Position numbers and translations under genes: made by a program. The notes under the pieces are model-generated. The model was given only the letters and a program-made list of their open reading frames with translations. It searched no databases and was not told where the DNA came from. Of a DNA stretch of 52,349 bases, positions 25,800 to 38,634 are shown in pieces. The stretch is taken from the NCBI RefSeq assembly GCF_004010195.1, contig NC_057718.1, positions 29,021,792 to 29,074,140 of the forward strand. Direction: 5' to 3'. This DNA comes from Chiloscyllium plagiosum. Taxonomy: Eukaryota. Positions within the stretch are counted from its first letter, which is position 1, and every line of letters starts with the position of its first letter.

Positions 25800-26027
25800 C
25801 ATGCCCTTTGGGAGGGGGATGAAGGTGAGTCCTTTGCTGAGGACTGATCATTCGTCCTTAGTGAGGGGGAGGTCTGGAGGGATCGTGAAAACTCTGCAGG
25901 GCTGGGAGCTAGGACCTGGTGTGGGTGTGGAGCTGGGAGTGGGGATGGAGCCTGTAACTGGAGTGGGTGTGGTGGTAGGGGGAATGGGGGTGGAGTCATG
26001 AGCAGGGGTGATGTTCCCCTCAGGGTT
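25800..26027 (-). mobile_element. Penelope-like element ORF N-terminal fragment
   Basis: Minus frame reads CRVFTIPPDLPLTKDE*SVLSKGLTFIP; the LSKGLxFxP motif is typical of PLE ORFs. Runs into the gap. Confidence 0.75.
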
Positions 26028-26700
26028 NNNNNNNNNNNNNNNNNNNNNNNNNNNNNNNNNNNNNNNNNNNNNNNNNNNNNNNNNNNNNNNNNNNNNNNNN
26101 NNNNNNNNNNNNNNNNNNNNNNNNNNNNNNNNNNNNNNNNNNNNNNNNNNNNNNNNNNNNNNNNNNNNNNNNNNNNNNNNNNNNNNNNNNNNNNNNNNNN
26201 NNNNNNNNNNNNNNNNNNNNNNNNNNNNNNNNNNNNNNNNNNNNNNNNNNNNNNNNNNNNNNNNNNNNNNNNNNNNNNNNNNNNNNNNNNNNNNNNNNNN
26301 NNNNNNNNNNNNNNNNNNNNNNNNNNNNNNNNNNNNNNNNNNNNNNNNNNNNNNNNNNNNNNNNNNNNNNNNNNNNNNNNNNNNNNNNNNNNNNNNNNNN
26401 NNNNNNNNNNNNNNNNNNNNNNNNNNNNNNNNNNNNNNNNNNNNNNNNNNNNNNNNNNNNNNNNNNNNNNNNNNNNNNNNNNNNNNNNNNNNNNNNNNNN
26501 NNNNNNNNNNNNNNNNNNNNNNNNNNNNNNNNNNNNNNNNNNNNNNNNNNNNNNNNNNNNNNNNNNNNNNNNNNNNNNNNNNNNNNNNNNNNNNNNNNNN
26601 NNNNNNNNNNNNNNNNNNNNNNNNNNNNNNNNNNNNNNNNNNNNNNNNNNNNNNNNNNNNNNNNNNNNNNNNNNNNNNNNNNNNNNNNNNNNNNNNNNNN
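26028..26700. other. Assembly gap (673 N)
   Basis: Run of n. Confidence 1.
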
Positions 26701-26846
26701 AGGAAACCGGAGCACCCGGAGGAAACCCACGCAGACACGGGGAGAATGTGCAAACTCCACACAGTCAGTCGTCTGAGGCGGGAATTGAACCCGGGTCTCT
26801 GGCGCTGTGAGGCAGCAGTGCTAACCACTGTGCCACCGTGCCGCCC
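26701..26846 (-). mobile_element. HE1-type SINE 5' half, cut by the gap
   Basis: Near-identical to the reverse complement of 20593-20740. Confidence 0.92.
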
Positions 26847-26849
26847 ACA

Positions 26850-27646
26850 ATATATTTCCCTCCACACCACAACCCGCGTTCTGTAAAAACCATTTCTTCC
26901 GCGACTCTGTCAGGCCCACACCCCCCCGCCCCCCCAACCAACCCTCCTTTCCCAGCGCCTTCCCCTACCACCGTAAGAATTACAAAACCTGTTCCCACAC
27001 CTCCCCACTTACCTCCGTCCAAGGCCCCAAAGAAACCTTCTATATCTGTCTGAGATTTATCTGAACTACCACACACATCATCTACTGTGTCTGCTCCTCT
27101 ACATTGTGGAGACAGGACACCTATGGTAGAACATTTCAGAGAACATCTCTGGGGCACATGCACGAAACAACCCTACTACCCTGTGGCCGAATATCAACTC
27201 CCCCTCCCACTCGACCAAGGACATGCATGTCCTGGGCCTTCTCCATTGCCAAATCCTTACCACCCGACACCTGGAGGAAGAACACCTCATCTTCTGCCTT
27301 TGGACCCTCCAACAACGTGGGATCAACGTGGATTTCACCAGTTTCCTCATTTGCTCTTCTCCAACCTTATCCCAGATCCAACCTTGCAACTCAGCATCAC
27401 CATCTTGACCTGTCCATCTTCCTTCCCACCTATCTGCTCCACCTTCCTCTCCAACCGATCACCTTCATCTATCTATCACATTCTCAGCTACCATACCCCC
27501 AGTGCCACCCCCCTCCCATTTATTTCTCAGCCCCTTTGGTCAACAAGACTCTTTCCTGATGAAGGGCTTATGCTCAAAATGTTGATTCTCTTGCTCCTTG
27601 GATGCTGCTTGACTGGCTGTGCTTTACCAGCATCACACTCTCAACT
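26850..27646 (+). mobile_element. Penelope-like element 3' part (decayed GIY-YIG endonuclease and pLTR)
   Basis: KTCSHTSPLTSVQGPK, PVAE and MHVLGLLHCQ...LEEEHLIFCLWTLQQRGINVDF motifs. Followed by a C-rich UTR and a decayed hammerhead cctgatgaagggcttatgctcaaaatgtt at about 27556-27585. Confidence 0.82.
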
Positions 27647-27699
27647 CGGCTAACAAATGGCCAATATATAAAGGTTACTTTAAGATGAACGTTGTTAAT

Positions 27700-27925
27700 A
27701 TTTTTAAAAACCCCATATAGTTCACTAGTGTCTGCAGGCAAAGAAATCTGCCCTCCTTACCTGACCTGGCTTGTGCGTGACTCCAAACCACATTGCAATG
27801 TGGATGATTCTTCATTGCCCTCTGAAATGGGCAACCAAGCCATCTGGTTCAAGGCAACTAGGAATGAGCAATAATACCAGTCTTGCCAGCAATGTTCATT
27901 TAGCAAGCATGAATAAAGACAAAAA
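27700..27925 (+). repeat. Interspersed SINE-like repeat (second copy at about 42815-43000)
   Basis: Shared aaatctgc...ctggctt...actc...atg...tctt...tgaaatgg...caagcca segment in both copies. Confidence 0.6.
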
Positions 27926-28199
27926 AACTACACATTCAAAAGCCCAACTGTCTCGTATTTGGTCCTGCATTCTGGTCAACGGTGCTGTCACCTCCAAGTT
28001 TGATGCCCTGTCCCCATTAACAAACAAAATTACTCTCTCTCACCTTCGCTGTTCCTCTGGTATAGCCCTCCTCTCTGCTTTTTAAAGTTCATGGATTGCT
28101 GGTGTGTGAATATGATTGTTAACTGGTTTAGCCATTCACTGTCAGTTCTGACTTGACTACCTAATATACTGCATTCACCTGTAAAAACTGTTCAATATT

Positions 28200-28760
28200 C
28201 CAGGATCATATTGAACTGTAACCATAACTTGTCACCAAGATATTCTTGCAAACTACCATTCCATTTCTGACTTTATATTCCTCACCAAAGTCCTTGAACA
28301 TGCTACCACTTCCCAAATATGTTTCTTCTAGACCTACATTCAGATTTCCAAACCTGACAGTATCCTAACAGATTTTATAAAAATCACAGACAACTTGCTT
28401 TGTAAACTAAACCTTCTCATTCTTCCCATCTTGGCCGCAGGCTCAGATATAGATGACTACATCATCCTCCTCCAAAGTCTCTCCAGTTGGTGGGCTGGTG
28501 GGCTGGTGTCTGGGCGGGCAGGCGGGCGAGGGGCGGGGAGGGGAGGGGGGGGAGGGGGGGGGGGGGGGGTGGGAATAATACTTGCCATTCTTATCTATTC
28601 ATTCATAGCCAGTGAATCACCTGCTATAACTTTGCTACCCACCCCTCAAAGAGCTACTATTCTTGAACTCTTCTCTCTCATCCACATGCTCCTCCTGGGC
28701 TATATCATCTATATCAGTTTCCATATGACACTGCACTATATTATCACCACCTCTCTTGCA
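28200..28760 (+). mobile_element. Ancient L2-like RT fragment with a G-rich insert
   Basis: cttgcaaactaccattccatttctgactttatattcctcaccaaagtccttgaacat encodes LANYHSISDFIFLTKVLEH, resembling the L2 NYRPISNLPFLSKVLE motif. Confidence 0.55.
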
Positions 28761-29598
28761 TTTAGAAAACAATCAACAAGGGAATCATAATCGCCAGGCT
28801 CTAACTAATCAATCCTTTAATAATCAAAATTCCTAATCTTGCTGAATTTGTTGAATGTTTCGGGATGAGTTAATAGAAAAATGAAAATAGGAGAATACAT
28901 GAAGCACTCAAATTGGCACAGCAGTTCCTCTTATAAATGGTTAGATTATGCCAGTTTCTGTTTTCAGATTAAAACCCATTTTAAAATGTAGTTTATAGGA
29001 ATGCAAAACAAAATTATTCAGGAAAGTGATTGCTAATCCTTGATCCATCAGGTTTTCCAAGACTTACTTTAATATCTAAACAGTTTACAGTTGAAGGTTT
29101 TCTTAGCCACTAACACTTATCAAAGATGATAAACCAACTGACAAAGCTGTCAAACATCTGCAGAGGAGATGTTCTTAACTACCCTGACTCTTAAGTTTGT
29201 TCATTTTGCTAACTCTTTTATATCAACTCAAAAACAGACTCACTGGAAATTAGACATGGCAAGAAAGAACTTGAATCATAGATGTTATTGCAATTATGAC
29301 TCAGATGCAGAAAGGATGATTTACAATATTTTGCTTTTTGTATCAATCTACTAATGGGACAAGTTACTAAGGTTCCAAGGCAGCAAAAACGCAAATGACA
29401 ACTCCTTTGTTGGAATATAATGTAATCCATATTGTTAAATATTGTACTATTAATAGCTTGTTAAATAGTTACTTTTCATAACTTCAAGAATCTCTAAAGT
29501 GCTTTCCAGTCAATAAAGTACCATTGCAATATAGAAAGCTATAATATTCAGTAGTTTCCAAACATGTGCTACACCAAACGAAACTTCTACACACATAC

Positions 29599-29733
29599 CT
29601 GCTTGCAGCCATATCTGCTCCAGAATAATGGTCAGTTGCTTGGGGGCATGTTTCACAGCAGTGCTCTGTGCAGATATTTCAGACATGGCCAGTTCCATTC
29701 GGGAAGCAGCAATTGATGGGACACGCAGAGAAC
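29599..29733 (-). CDS. TTC7A: TTC7A coding exon (135 bp; about human exon 18)
   Basis: ttttctttcag|GTTCTC...GCAAGCAG|gtatgt. Translates (G)SLRVPSIAASRMELAMSEISAQSTAVKHAPKQLTIILEQIWLQA(A) versus human GSRRASSIAASRLEEAMSE...LEQIWLQAA. Partly seen in ORF 29510..29698. Confidence 0.96.
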
Positions 29734-29819
29734 CTGAAAGAAAAATTACGAATTTGTTAAGAGTATTTATTTTTAAGGAGCAACAAAGAATTTGAAATGC
29801 AATAAACTCCCTAACCTAA

Positions 29820-30520
29820 ACTACAGAATTGAGATGCAGAGAGATCTATATATTCTAATACATGAGTTACAAAAAAATTAGTACACAAGTCCAGCTAATA
29901 ATTAAAGCAGGTAATGAAATGCTATCCTTTATTGTGAAAAGAGTCAAACATAAAAATAAAGATATTATACAGGGCATTAGAAATACCACATCTTTAATAC
30001 TGTGGGCAGATTTGGTCTCCTTATTTAAGGAATGGTGTAATGTTTTGGAGGTGGTTTACTAGATTCATACATGGATAAGCAGGTCGTTTTATGAGGAAAG
30101 GTGGAACAGACTAGGCTTGTTTTCACTGGAGTCCAGAAGAATGTGGGTTGATTTAATTGAAGTACATGAAAATATTGAGTTGTCTTGACGAGGTAGATGT
30201 GGAAATGATGTTTCTCTCTTGTGGGAGAGTTCAGAAATAAGGGGGTTTTAAAATTAGGGGGTTGCTTTTAAGGTAGAGATGAGAGTTCTTTTTCCTCAGA
30301 GGGTTGTGAAATTTTGGAACTCTTCACATTGGAAGAATCAAGAGGCAAGGTTATTGAATATGGTTAAGGCAGAACTAGACTGATTCTGTCGCCTAACAAA
30401 AAAATCTAATGTTATTAGGGAGTAGATGGCAATGTAGAATTCAAAACACAGCATCTTGTTGAATACTGGAGCAGTGGTACGGGGTCACATAACTTATATC
30501 TGCTCCTAGTTTGTGAATTT
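29820..30520 (+). mobile_element. Decayed CR1 3' end
   Basis: ttatgaggaaaggtggaacagactaggcttg...agagggttgtg; CR1 3' UTR. Confidence 0.8.
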
Positions 30521-31926
30521 GGATAGCTTCCTCTGACATTAAACTTATTCTTCTGACTAAATTGTTCAGCATTCTATTTGCTTCATTAATTGTTGCTTTA
30601 GTGATTGGACATATTGCAGATTGAATTAATTTAAATCTTTAAAAGGTCTACTATATTCTTAGAGATAAAATCAGATTCTCTCACTTCAGAAATTGTAATT
30701 GACAGAGCTTCAGGAGCAAGTTGTAATGTACTTCACATTCTAATAACTATTCACAGGATTTAAGTTCTAATCGTTCCCTTTGTGATTTAAATATTTTTAG
30801 ATCTCTACCCTGTGGCACTAATTCACTAATCTGCAGGGAAACCTTTCATCATCTGGCCTTGATAATTTTGAAAATTTCTATTAAATCTAATCTTACATTT
30901 TTTTGTTCTAAAGATGACTGATCAACTTTAAAAGAATGATTCAACTTTTCATCCATGCAACACCCTAATTATGATGTGTATGGCTTTCTCCATTGTTCCA
31001 GTATCCTGTCTATAAAGAACTGCCCAAAACAACATATGTACAGATGAATCATCACTGTTTTTGTTTTTAATATTTTCATAATATCAAATTTGATATTATT
31101 TATGTCAAGGACCTACTAGAGAATAATGCTCTTGGATGTTACAGTCAGGAGAAAGTCAGAACTACTTATATAATGTTCTTATGTAATTCCTATTATTCAT
31201 GACCAGTTGCCATTAGTTCCAGTAAATTACCGCAAAGTATCCAAACAATAGCTCTTTGACTATGTTTGGTGAATTCACATACATGTAATGGCCTGGGGGA
31301 TTTTGTTTCCAAGGCAGGCATACAGAGCCAGGATATCTCCCAGCCTCAGGGAAAAAAATGCTCCAAATGGTGGGATAGAATAAAGCACACTGAATCTAGC
31401 TTGGAGACTGTCAAAAGGGGCTGCCAACCATTGAGGTGAGCTGTTAAAAAGGCCCAGTTCTCTCCACCTCAGTTCTCTCCAACCTGGTCCAGTATTTTGA
31501 CCCAGTAACACTGAAAGCACAGCAATATAATTCCCATTCAGGATGGTGTGGTTGGAATGAATTTGCTATTGTTGTTTCTGGTGCCAGGTCAATGCTGGAT
31601 GGTCTATCCAGTTTCACTCCGTTTTTAAAAAAAAGACGTTTTAGCAGTTTAATACTAGGCCATTTCAGAGGGCTGTTCCGAGTCAACCACATTACTGTGG
31701 GTCGAGTCACACGACTGAATTCCTCCACTAACCGACATGAGTGAACCAGATTTTTTTTTGTTAACAATCAGTTGATAATGGTTTCGTGGTCATTGTTAAA
31801 CTATGTTAATTCCAGATCTTTTTAAAATTTTCAAAGTCCCCCACGGTGAAATTTGAATCTGGATCACCTGTATTACTCAAATCTCTGGATTACTAGCCCA
31901 GCAACAATATCACTATGCCACCACTA

Positions 31927-34900
31927 TAAGACATAGGAGTGTAAGTAGGGCCATTCGGCCCATCGAGTCCACTCTGCTATTCAATCATGGCTGATGGGCA
32001 TTTCAAGGAGAAAGAGAGGACTGCAGATGCTGGAGATCAGAGCTGAAAATGTGTTGCTGGAAAAACGCAGCAGGTCAGGCAGCATCCAAGGAGCAGGAGA
32101 ATCGACGTTTCGGGCATGAGCCCTTGGATGCTGCCTGACCTGCTGCACTTTTCCAGCAACACATTTTCAGCTCTGATGGGCATTTCAACTCCACATACCT
32201 GCATTCTCCCCAGAGCTCTTAATTCCTTGCGAGATTAAGAATTTATCAATCTCTGCCTTGAAGACAGTTAATGAATTCCACAGGCCCAACACTCTCTGGC
32301 TGAAGAAATGTCTCCTCATTTCCATTCTAAATTGACCCCCTCTAATTCTAAGTCTGTGCCCATGGGTCCTAGTCTCCCTGCCTAACGGGAACAAATTCCT
32401 AGCATCCACCCTTTCTAAGCCATGCATTATCTTGTAAGTTTCTATTAGATCTCCCCTCAAACTTCTAAACTTTAATGAACACAATCCCAGGATTTTCAGC
32501 CATTCATCATATGTTAGGTATATCATTCCAAGGATGATCCGTGTGAATCTCTGCTGGACATGTTCCAGTGCCAGTATGTCCTTCCTGAGGTGAGGGGCCC
32601 AGAATTGGACATAGCATTCTAAATGGGGCCTAACTAGAGTTGTACAAAGTCTCAGTAGCACATCGCTGCTTTTATATTCCAACCCTCAAGATAAATGGCA
32701 ACATTACATTTGCTTTCTAAACCACGGACTCAACCTGCAAGTCAACCTTTAGAGAATCATGGACTAGCACTCCCAGATCCCTTTGTACTTTGGCTTTATG
32801 AATTTTCTCACCATTTAGAAAATAGTCCATGCCTGTATTCTTTTTTCCAAAGTGCAAGACCTCGCATTTGCTCACATTGAATTTCATCAGCCATTTCTTT
32901 GACCACTCTCCTAAACTGTCCACATCTTTCTGCAGCCTCTCCAGCTCCTCAGAACTACCTGCCTCTCCACCTAACTTTGGTATACTTCGCCAAAATGCCC
33001 GCAGTCCCCTCATCCAGATCATTAATATATGAAGTAAACAGCTGCGGCCCCAACACTGAACCCTGCAGGACACCATTCGTCAGTAGCTGTCAATCCAAAA
33101 AGGGACCTTTTATTTCAACTCTCTGCCTTTTGTCAGACAACCAATCCTCAATCCATGCCAATAACTCACCTCGAACACCATGGGTCTTGCCTTACTCAGC
33201 ACCTTATCAAAGACCTTTTGGAAGTCTAGATAGATAATATCCACTGGGTTTCTCTGGTCTAACCTACTTGTTACCTCTTCAAAGAATTCTAACAGGTTTT
33301 CAGGTATGCCCTCCCCTTACTAAATCCATGGTGACTTGTTCTAATCTGACACTGTACTTCCAAGAATTTAGAAATCTCATCCTTAACAATGGATTTTAGA
33401 ATTTTACGTATAACCAAGGTTAGGCAAATCGCTCTATAATTTTCCATCTTTTGTCTTGATCCTTTCGTGAACAAGGGGGTTAAAACAGTGACTTTCCCTG
33501 GCTCCAGTGATTTTTGAAAAATGACAACCAATGCCTCTGCTATTTCTTCAGCCACCTCCCTCAGAACTCTTGGATGTAGCCCATCCAGGCCAGGAGATTT
33601 AGCAATTTTTACACCTTTTAGCTTTTCTAGCACTTTGTCTTTTGTAGTGGCTATCTTACTCAACTATTCCCCTTGCCTCTACTTAATTGTTGGGATATTA
33701 CTCATGTCTTCCACTGTGAAGACTGACACAAAGTACTTACTGAGTTCTTCAGCTATTTCCTTATCTCCCATCACTTGCCTTCCTGCACCAATTTGGCCCA
33801 ATTTCTACTTTTGCCTCGTTTGTTTCTTATGTATTGAAAGAAACTTCTACTATCATTTCTAATATTGCTTGCTAGCCTACCTTCATATTTGATCCTCTCC
33901 TTCCTTATTTCTCTCTTTGTTATCCTCTGTTTGCTTTTGTAGTATTCCCAGCATCTGATTTCCCAGTGTTCTTGGCCACTTTATAGTCTCTCTTTTTTTT
34001 ATGATACATTTCCTGACTTCCTTTATCAACCATGGCTGTCTAAGCACCACCCCCACCCTTCGGATAATCTTTCTTTTCTTTGGGATGAACCTCTGTACTG
34101 TGTCCTCAATTACACGCAGAAACTCCTGCCATTATTGCTCTACTGTCTTCCCCACTAGGCTCTGCTTCCAGTTAATTTTCATCAGTTCCTCTCTCATGCC
34201 CTTGTAATTACCTTTATTTAACTGTAACACCATTACATCCGATTTTGCCTTCTCTCTTTCAAACTGCAGACTGAACTCTACCATATTATGATCGCTGCCT
34301 CCGAAGTGTTCCCTTACTTTAAGATCTTTTATAAATCTGGCTCATTACATAGCATTAAGTCCAGAATAGCCTGCTCTCTTGTGGGCTTCATCACAAACTG
34401 TTCCAAAAAGCCATCCTGTAAGCATTCCATGAATTCCCTTTTTTGGATCCACTGGCAACCTTATCCACCTACTGCAATTGCATATTAAAGACCCCATAAT
34501 CACCCGTGACCTTGCCTTTCTGATATGCCCTTTCCATTTCCTGGTACATCTTGGGCCCTGATCCTGACCACTGTTAGGAGGTCTGTACATAACTCCCATT
34601 ATGGTTTTTTCGCCTTTGTGATTCCCCAACTCCACCCACACAGACTCCACATCATCTGACCCTGTGTCATTCAATGCCATAGGTCTAATTTCATTCTTAA
34701 CTAACAAGGCAACCCCGCCCCCTTTCCCCACCTCCCTGTCTTTTCGATAAGTTGTAAATTCTTGGATGTTTAACTGCCAGTCCTGAGCCTCCTGCAACCA
34801 AGTCTGTGATGCCTACTGCATGCTAATCATTCATGATGATTTGTGCTTTTAATTCATCTACTTGGTTAAGAATACTACAAGCATTCAGGTAAAGCACCTT

Positions 34901-35820
34901 AATACTAATTTTCTTATCCTCATGATTTCCATCATCTCCAGTAATGTGTCCTAAGTTATCCTTCCTTTTTGCTTCATTCCTAGTCTGCCTTGAACTTAAA
35001 CCCTGCACACATGCTAACTTGCTGCTTATCTTTCTACTTGACTCCATATTCCCTGTTGCTTTCCTTTTCCTTTCCCCTGACTCACAGTTAAGTCCTACTG
35101 ACCATCCTATTTATCCTTTTTGCCAGAACACTGGATCCAGGTCGGTTCAGGTGGAGACGGTTCCATCTGTACAGATCGCCCCGGTTCCAAAACTGATGCC
35201 AATGTCCCATGAAATGGAATCCCTCTTTCCCACACCAATCTCTTAGCCACGTGTTTAATTCCCTAATTTTCTTATCCCTATGCCAATTTGCACGTGGCTT
35301 GGGCAGTAATCCCTCGGGATTATGACCCTCGAGGACCTGTTCTTCAATTTCCTTCCTAGTGCTTGATACTCCCCAAACAAGTCCTCCTTCCTAGCCTTGC
35401 CTATGTTGTTTGTGCCATCGTGGACTACAACAACTGGATTTTCTCTCTACTGATCCAATATCCTTTCAAGCCAGTTGGAGATGTCCTGCACTCTGGCACC
35501 ACGCCATGCGGAACTCCCATCAGGCTCACAAAGGATACTATCTGTTCCCCTCCCAATCATAGAATCGCAGATAACAACTATTTGTCTCTTTGCTTCCTGC
35601 TCTTGAATGACTTTCTGCACCATGGTCAGCTGGCTCATCCTGTCCACAGCCCTTTTCCTCATCCATACAGGGAGCAAAAAATCTCATACCTGTTGGACAA
35701 GGTCAAGGTCTGAGGCTCCTCCACTCCTGAACTCAGAATCCTCCTACCTGCCTCACTTACAGTCACATCCTGTTGTTCCTGATCACTAACTGAATTTGAA
35801 TTACTTAATCTACCAGATAT
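31927..35820 (-). mobile_element. Near-full-length decayed CR1 LINE (ORF1 esterase-like, endonuclease, RT)
   Basis: ORFs 35447..35677 (IVVICDSMIGRGTD), 34345..34797 (YRKDR..GGGVALLV, GVMYRPPN), 33289..33663 (KSPGLDGLHPRVLRE) and 32185..32682. Many frameshifts. Confidence 0.93.
32007..32177. mobile_element. Fold-back PLE pLTR mini-insertion within the CR1 3' UTR
   Basis: Same family as 4884-5107, with inverted arms. Direct repeat ctgatgggcatttcaa at 31991-32006 and 32173-32188. Confidence 0.85.
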
Positions 35821-38634
35821 CTACCGCATCTCCTCTACTTTCTTTTAAAAATAGTATTCACTTTAACACAATTGAGAACTAAAACAAATTAAATGCAAAT
35901 TAACAGAATGAAATATTTCAAAATATTTCCAAGAAAAAAAATTTTAAATAATGGATGTTCTACTCAATCATATACACTCGCATCACTCGCCACACAAAAC
36001 ATACGCAGTCTCAGCCTTTTCAACTCAATCACATTCCAGACACATTCACTGTCAGGCATATTCCATCAGTGTTCCCTAGATACAGTTTGTGCTGACAAGC
36101 CGCATGTTTATGAATGCTCTGTCACATGAATCACATTGGTTCTGATCACGCAGCTTTCCAGACTTCCTTTTCAACTGACCAGCCAAGAATGTGCTGTTCA
36201 TGATCTGGTTCTCTGATCCAAACCCTTAGCTCCTTCCCAAGCCTGTGTCGTTTGAACCACTTTATTGGATTCGGTCCCTTTTAGTGCATTGCTCTTCCAA
36301 GTGTTTCTTGAATTCTTTTCCTTCTTACCGTCAAACAGACACCTGACTTTTTCATAGAGTGTTTGTGATTTTCTTCACATAAATGCGCTGTTGCTCTTTC
36401 TGTGCTGTCTACTTTCTCTTTATAACTACACCTATGTACTGTTTCCTGCCTGTAGCTCCTCTTTGTTCTTCATCAATAGCTTGTTTGTCTGTGTGTTCAG
36501 TGATATGCCTTTTGTCTAAGCTTGGTATTAGATCCAAGTTAAAGGTAACAAGGATCAATATTTCTCATTATATAACAAAATTAATATTGAGCCCTTTAAT
36601 ATTGATGTAAACGCTTAAAAGTTCCTTTCAGTCATTTTTAAAACAATTAGAGATTCCAAAAATATTTAAAAGAAACTATAAGTTTTCTTTAAAGTACTGT
36701 TTCCAAATCTAAGGTTGTCAAAACACACACGAACATGATTAGGGATCCCTACAAAATGAGTTCCTGAGTTGTGATATTCCTGTTGTGATTGAAGTCCTAA
36801 TTCACTTTATCTGTGAATAAACTAATGGAATGGATTCTACAGGGCACCTGGTCCCTACATCATCTCCCCAACAACTCCATATAACAAAGACGTCAAAGGT
36901 TAAGTTCTCTCTCAATGTTGGCGGCTGCCATGTGGTTATTTAGTTTTGGGAGCAAGATCAATTACTTTGAGGCTGGACTTCCAACCCTTTCTCAGGAGGA
37001 TGTACTGCCTACAGAGTTACTGGCCAATCAGATGGTGGTGCTATTATGGCAGACCAATGTGAAAAAGCCTAAATAAATATGTGATCAGGGGTCCATCTGA
37101 GCAGAGAGAGGAGGTAGACAGAAGACTCAATTCAAGAATCTCGGGAGGGAGGTGTGGGAATTAACTTAGAAGGCAGGCCCTGATCTGGCCAGGGGCCCCA
37201 CAAAGGAAATTTCCTCAGCTTGTCTGATATCCTATTTTCTGATAAACAGATTATCTGGCTGTTAATTTCTAATTTTTCTTAAAATCAAAGATAGTTTTAC
37301 CAAATCACAAATGTATCAAATTAACTCCTGTTTGCTGTGTTGTAAATTTCAAACTAACTGATTTCATTTAATATACAGAACAGATGGTCAGATATGAACA
37401 ATCTTGAATGATCTCAACACGGTTTTACAGATGAGAGAAACCTGGCATGGCATTCTCTCATTAGCAATGCATCTCTTGGCCATCTGTTAATATACAAGAT
37501 ATTTTGTTTCTCCTATCCATTAGTATTACAGGTGAACAAAGTACAAATAAAGTTACCATGAACAATGATGTCACTGCAATGTAACAGCCCAATATGTACA
37601 TGATATTGTGGATGGAAGAGAACCAAAAGACAATCCGCAGGGCCTTAAAAGTACACGGTACAGGATTGCAAATAAACTATCACAAATTTATAATAAACCA
37701 GAGTGAATCGCTCAGATTGAATTCAATGTTTCAGTTATGCCAACAGTTAAGCACATTGCAAATGCAGTTTTGGCACATTCACTTTGACTCAAGTTTCAGC
37801 TGGGTAAATTACAGCATGCCTATCTTCTTTATTTCCTGTTATGATGCTGACTCAAAAATGTACTTGTATAAGAGCACTTATTAAATTACTCTTGACTATG
37901 TATGTCTTCTCCCTCATAATAATGAGCACAACTTTACTTTCTATACATGGACCCTTCCCAAATTCAGCCTTTCTTACTGGAGTCTGAGTTCTTGAGCTCA
38001 ATTGTGTAATGTGAGAATATTTCTCTTTTGCTAAAATGATTATTTTGGCCATGAATATTTAGCCCAAATCTGCCAGATCTTCAGATGGCATTACTCGAAG
38101 CCCAGAGCCCATGGGCTCGTGCCTTTGCAGTCAATTCCACTTCAATGTTGTGGACCTTTTGTGAAGTGGATTGTAAGAGATGGCCAAGGATCAACAGAGA
38201 ACTCTTATTCTTAGCCATTAATCAAATCACCAGTGTTTGCTCAGATGGGGCAACTGACTGGAGATCAATGTCTTCTTCTCCCCAAATTGATGCATGTGCA
38301 TCAATATGCAGATTGCATTCCCGACATTATTTATAAATTTCTCAATGTGTAGAGTTTACTGAGTTCAATTCGTGAATCATTTCCAAATCTAGGATAAGAA
38401 AATGGCACAGATTATCACTCAGCTGAGCAAGTATTTCAGGTATTTGGAGCGAGATTTGCGTTTACATATTCCTGTGAGTAGAAGAGACAGAAGGTTGTGG
38501 GTCAGAGAAAAAGAGCAAAAAAAGTATAAAAAGTGCCACAAAAAAAAAGGGGGAAGACTCTCCACTGGCCAATGTTTCAAGAACAGCCAAAGGAAAAGAT
38601 GGCTTGCCAAGAGGACATGCTTTGGTAAAATGTA

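Noticed and set aside
25848..26886. Long ORFs of 246-340 aa
   Set aside because: Artefacts of translating through the 673-N gap.
36130..36545. Purine-rich minus-strand stretch that looked exon-like
   Set aside because: No convincing open frame with matching splice sites and no TTC7 similarity.
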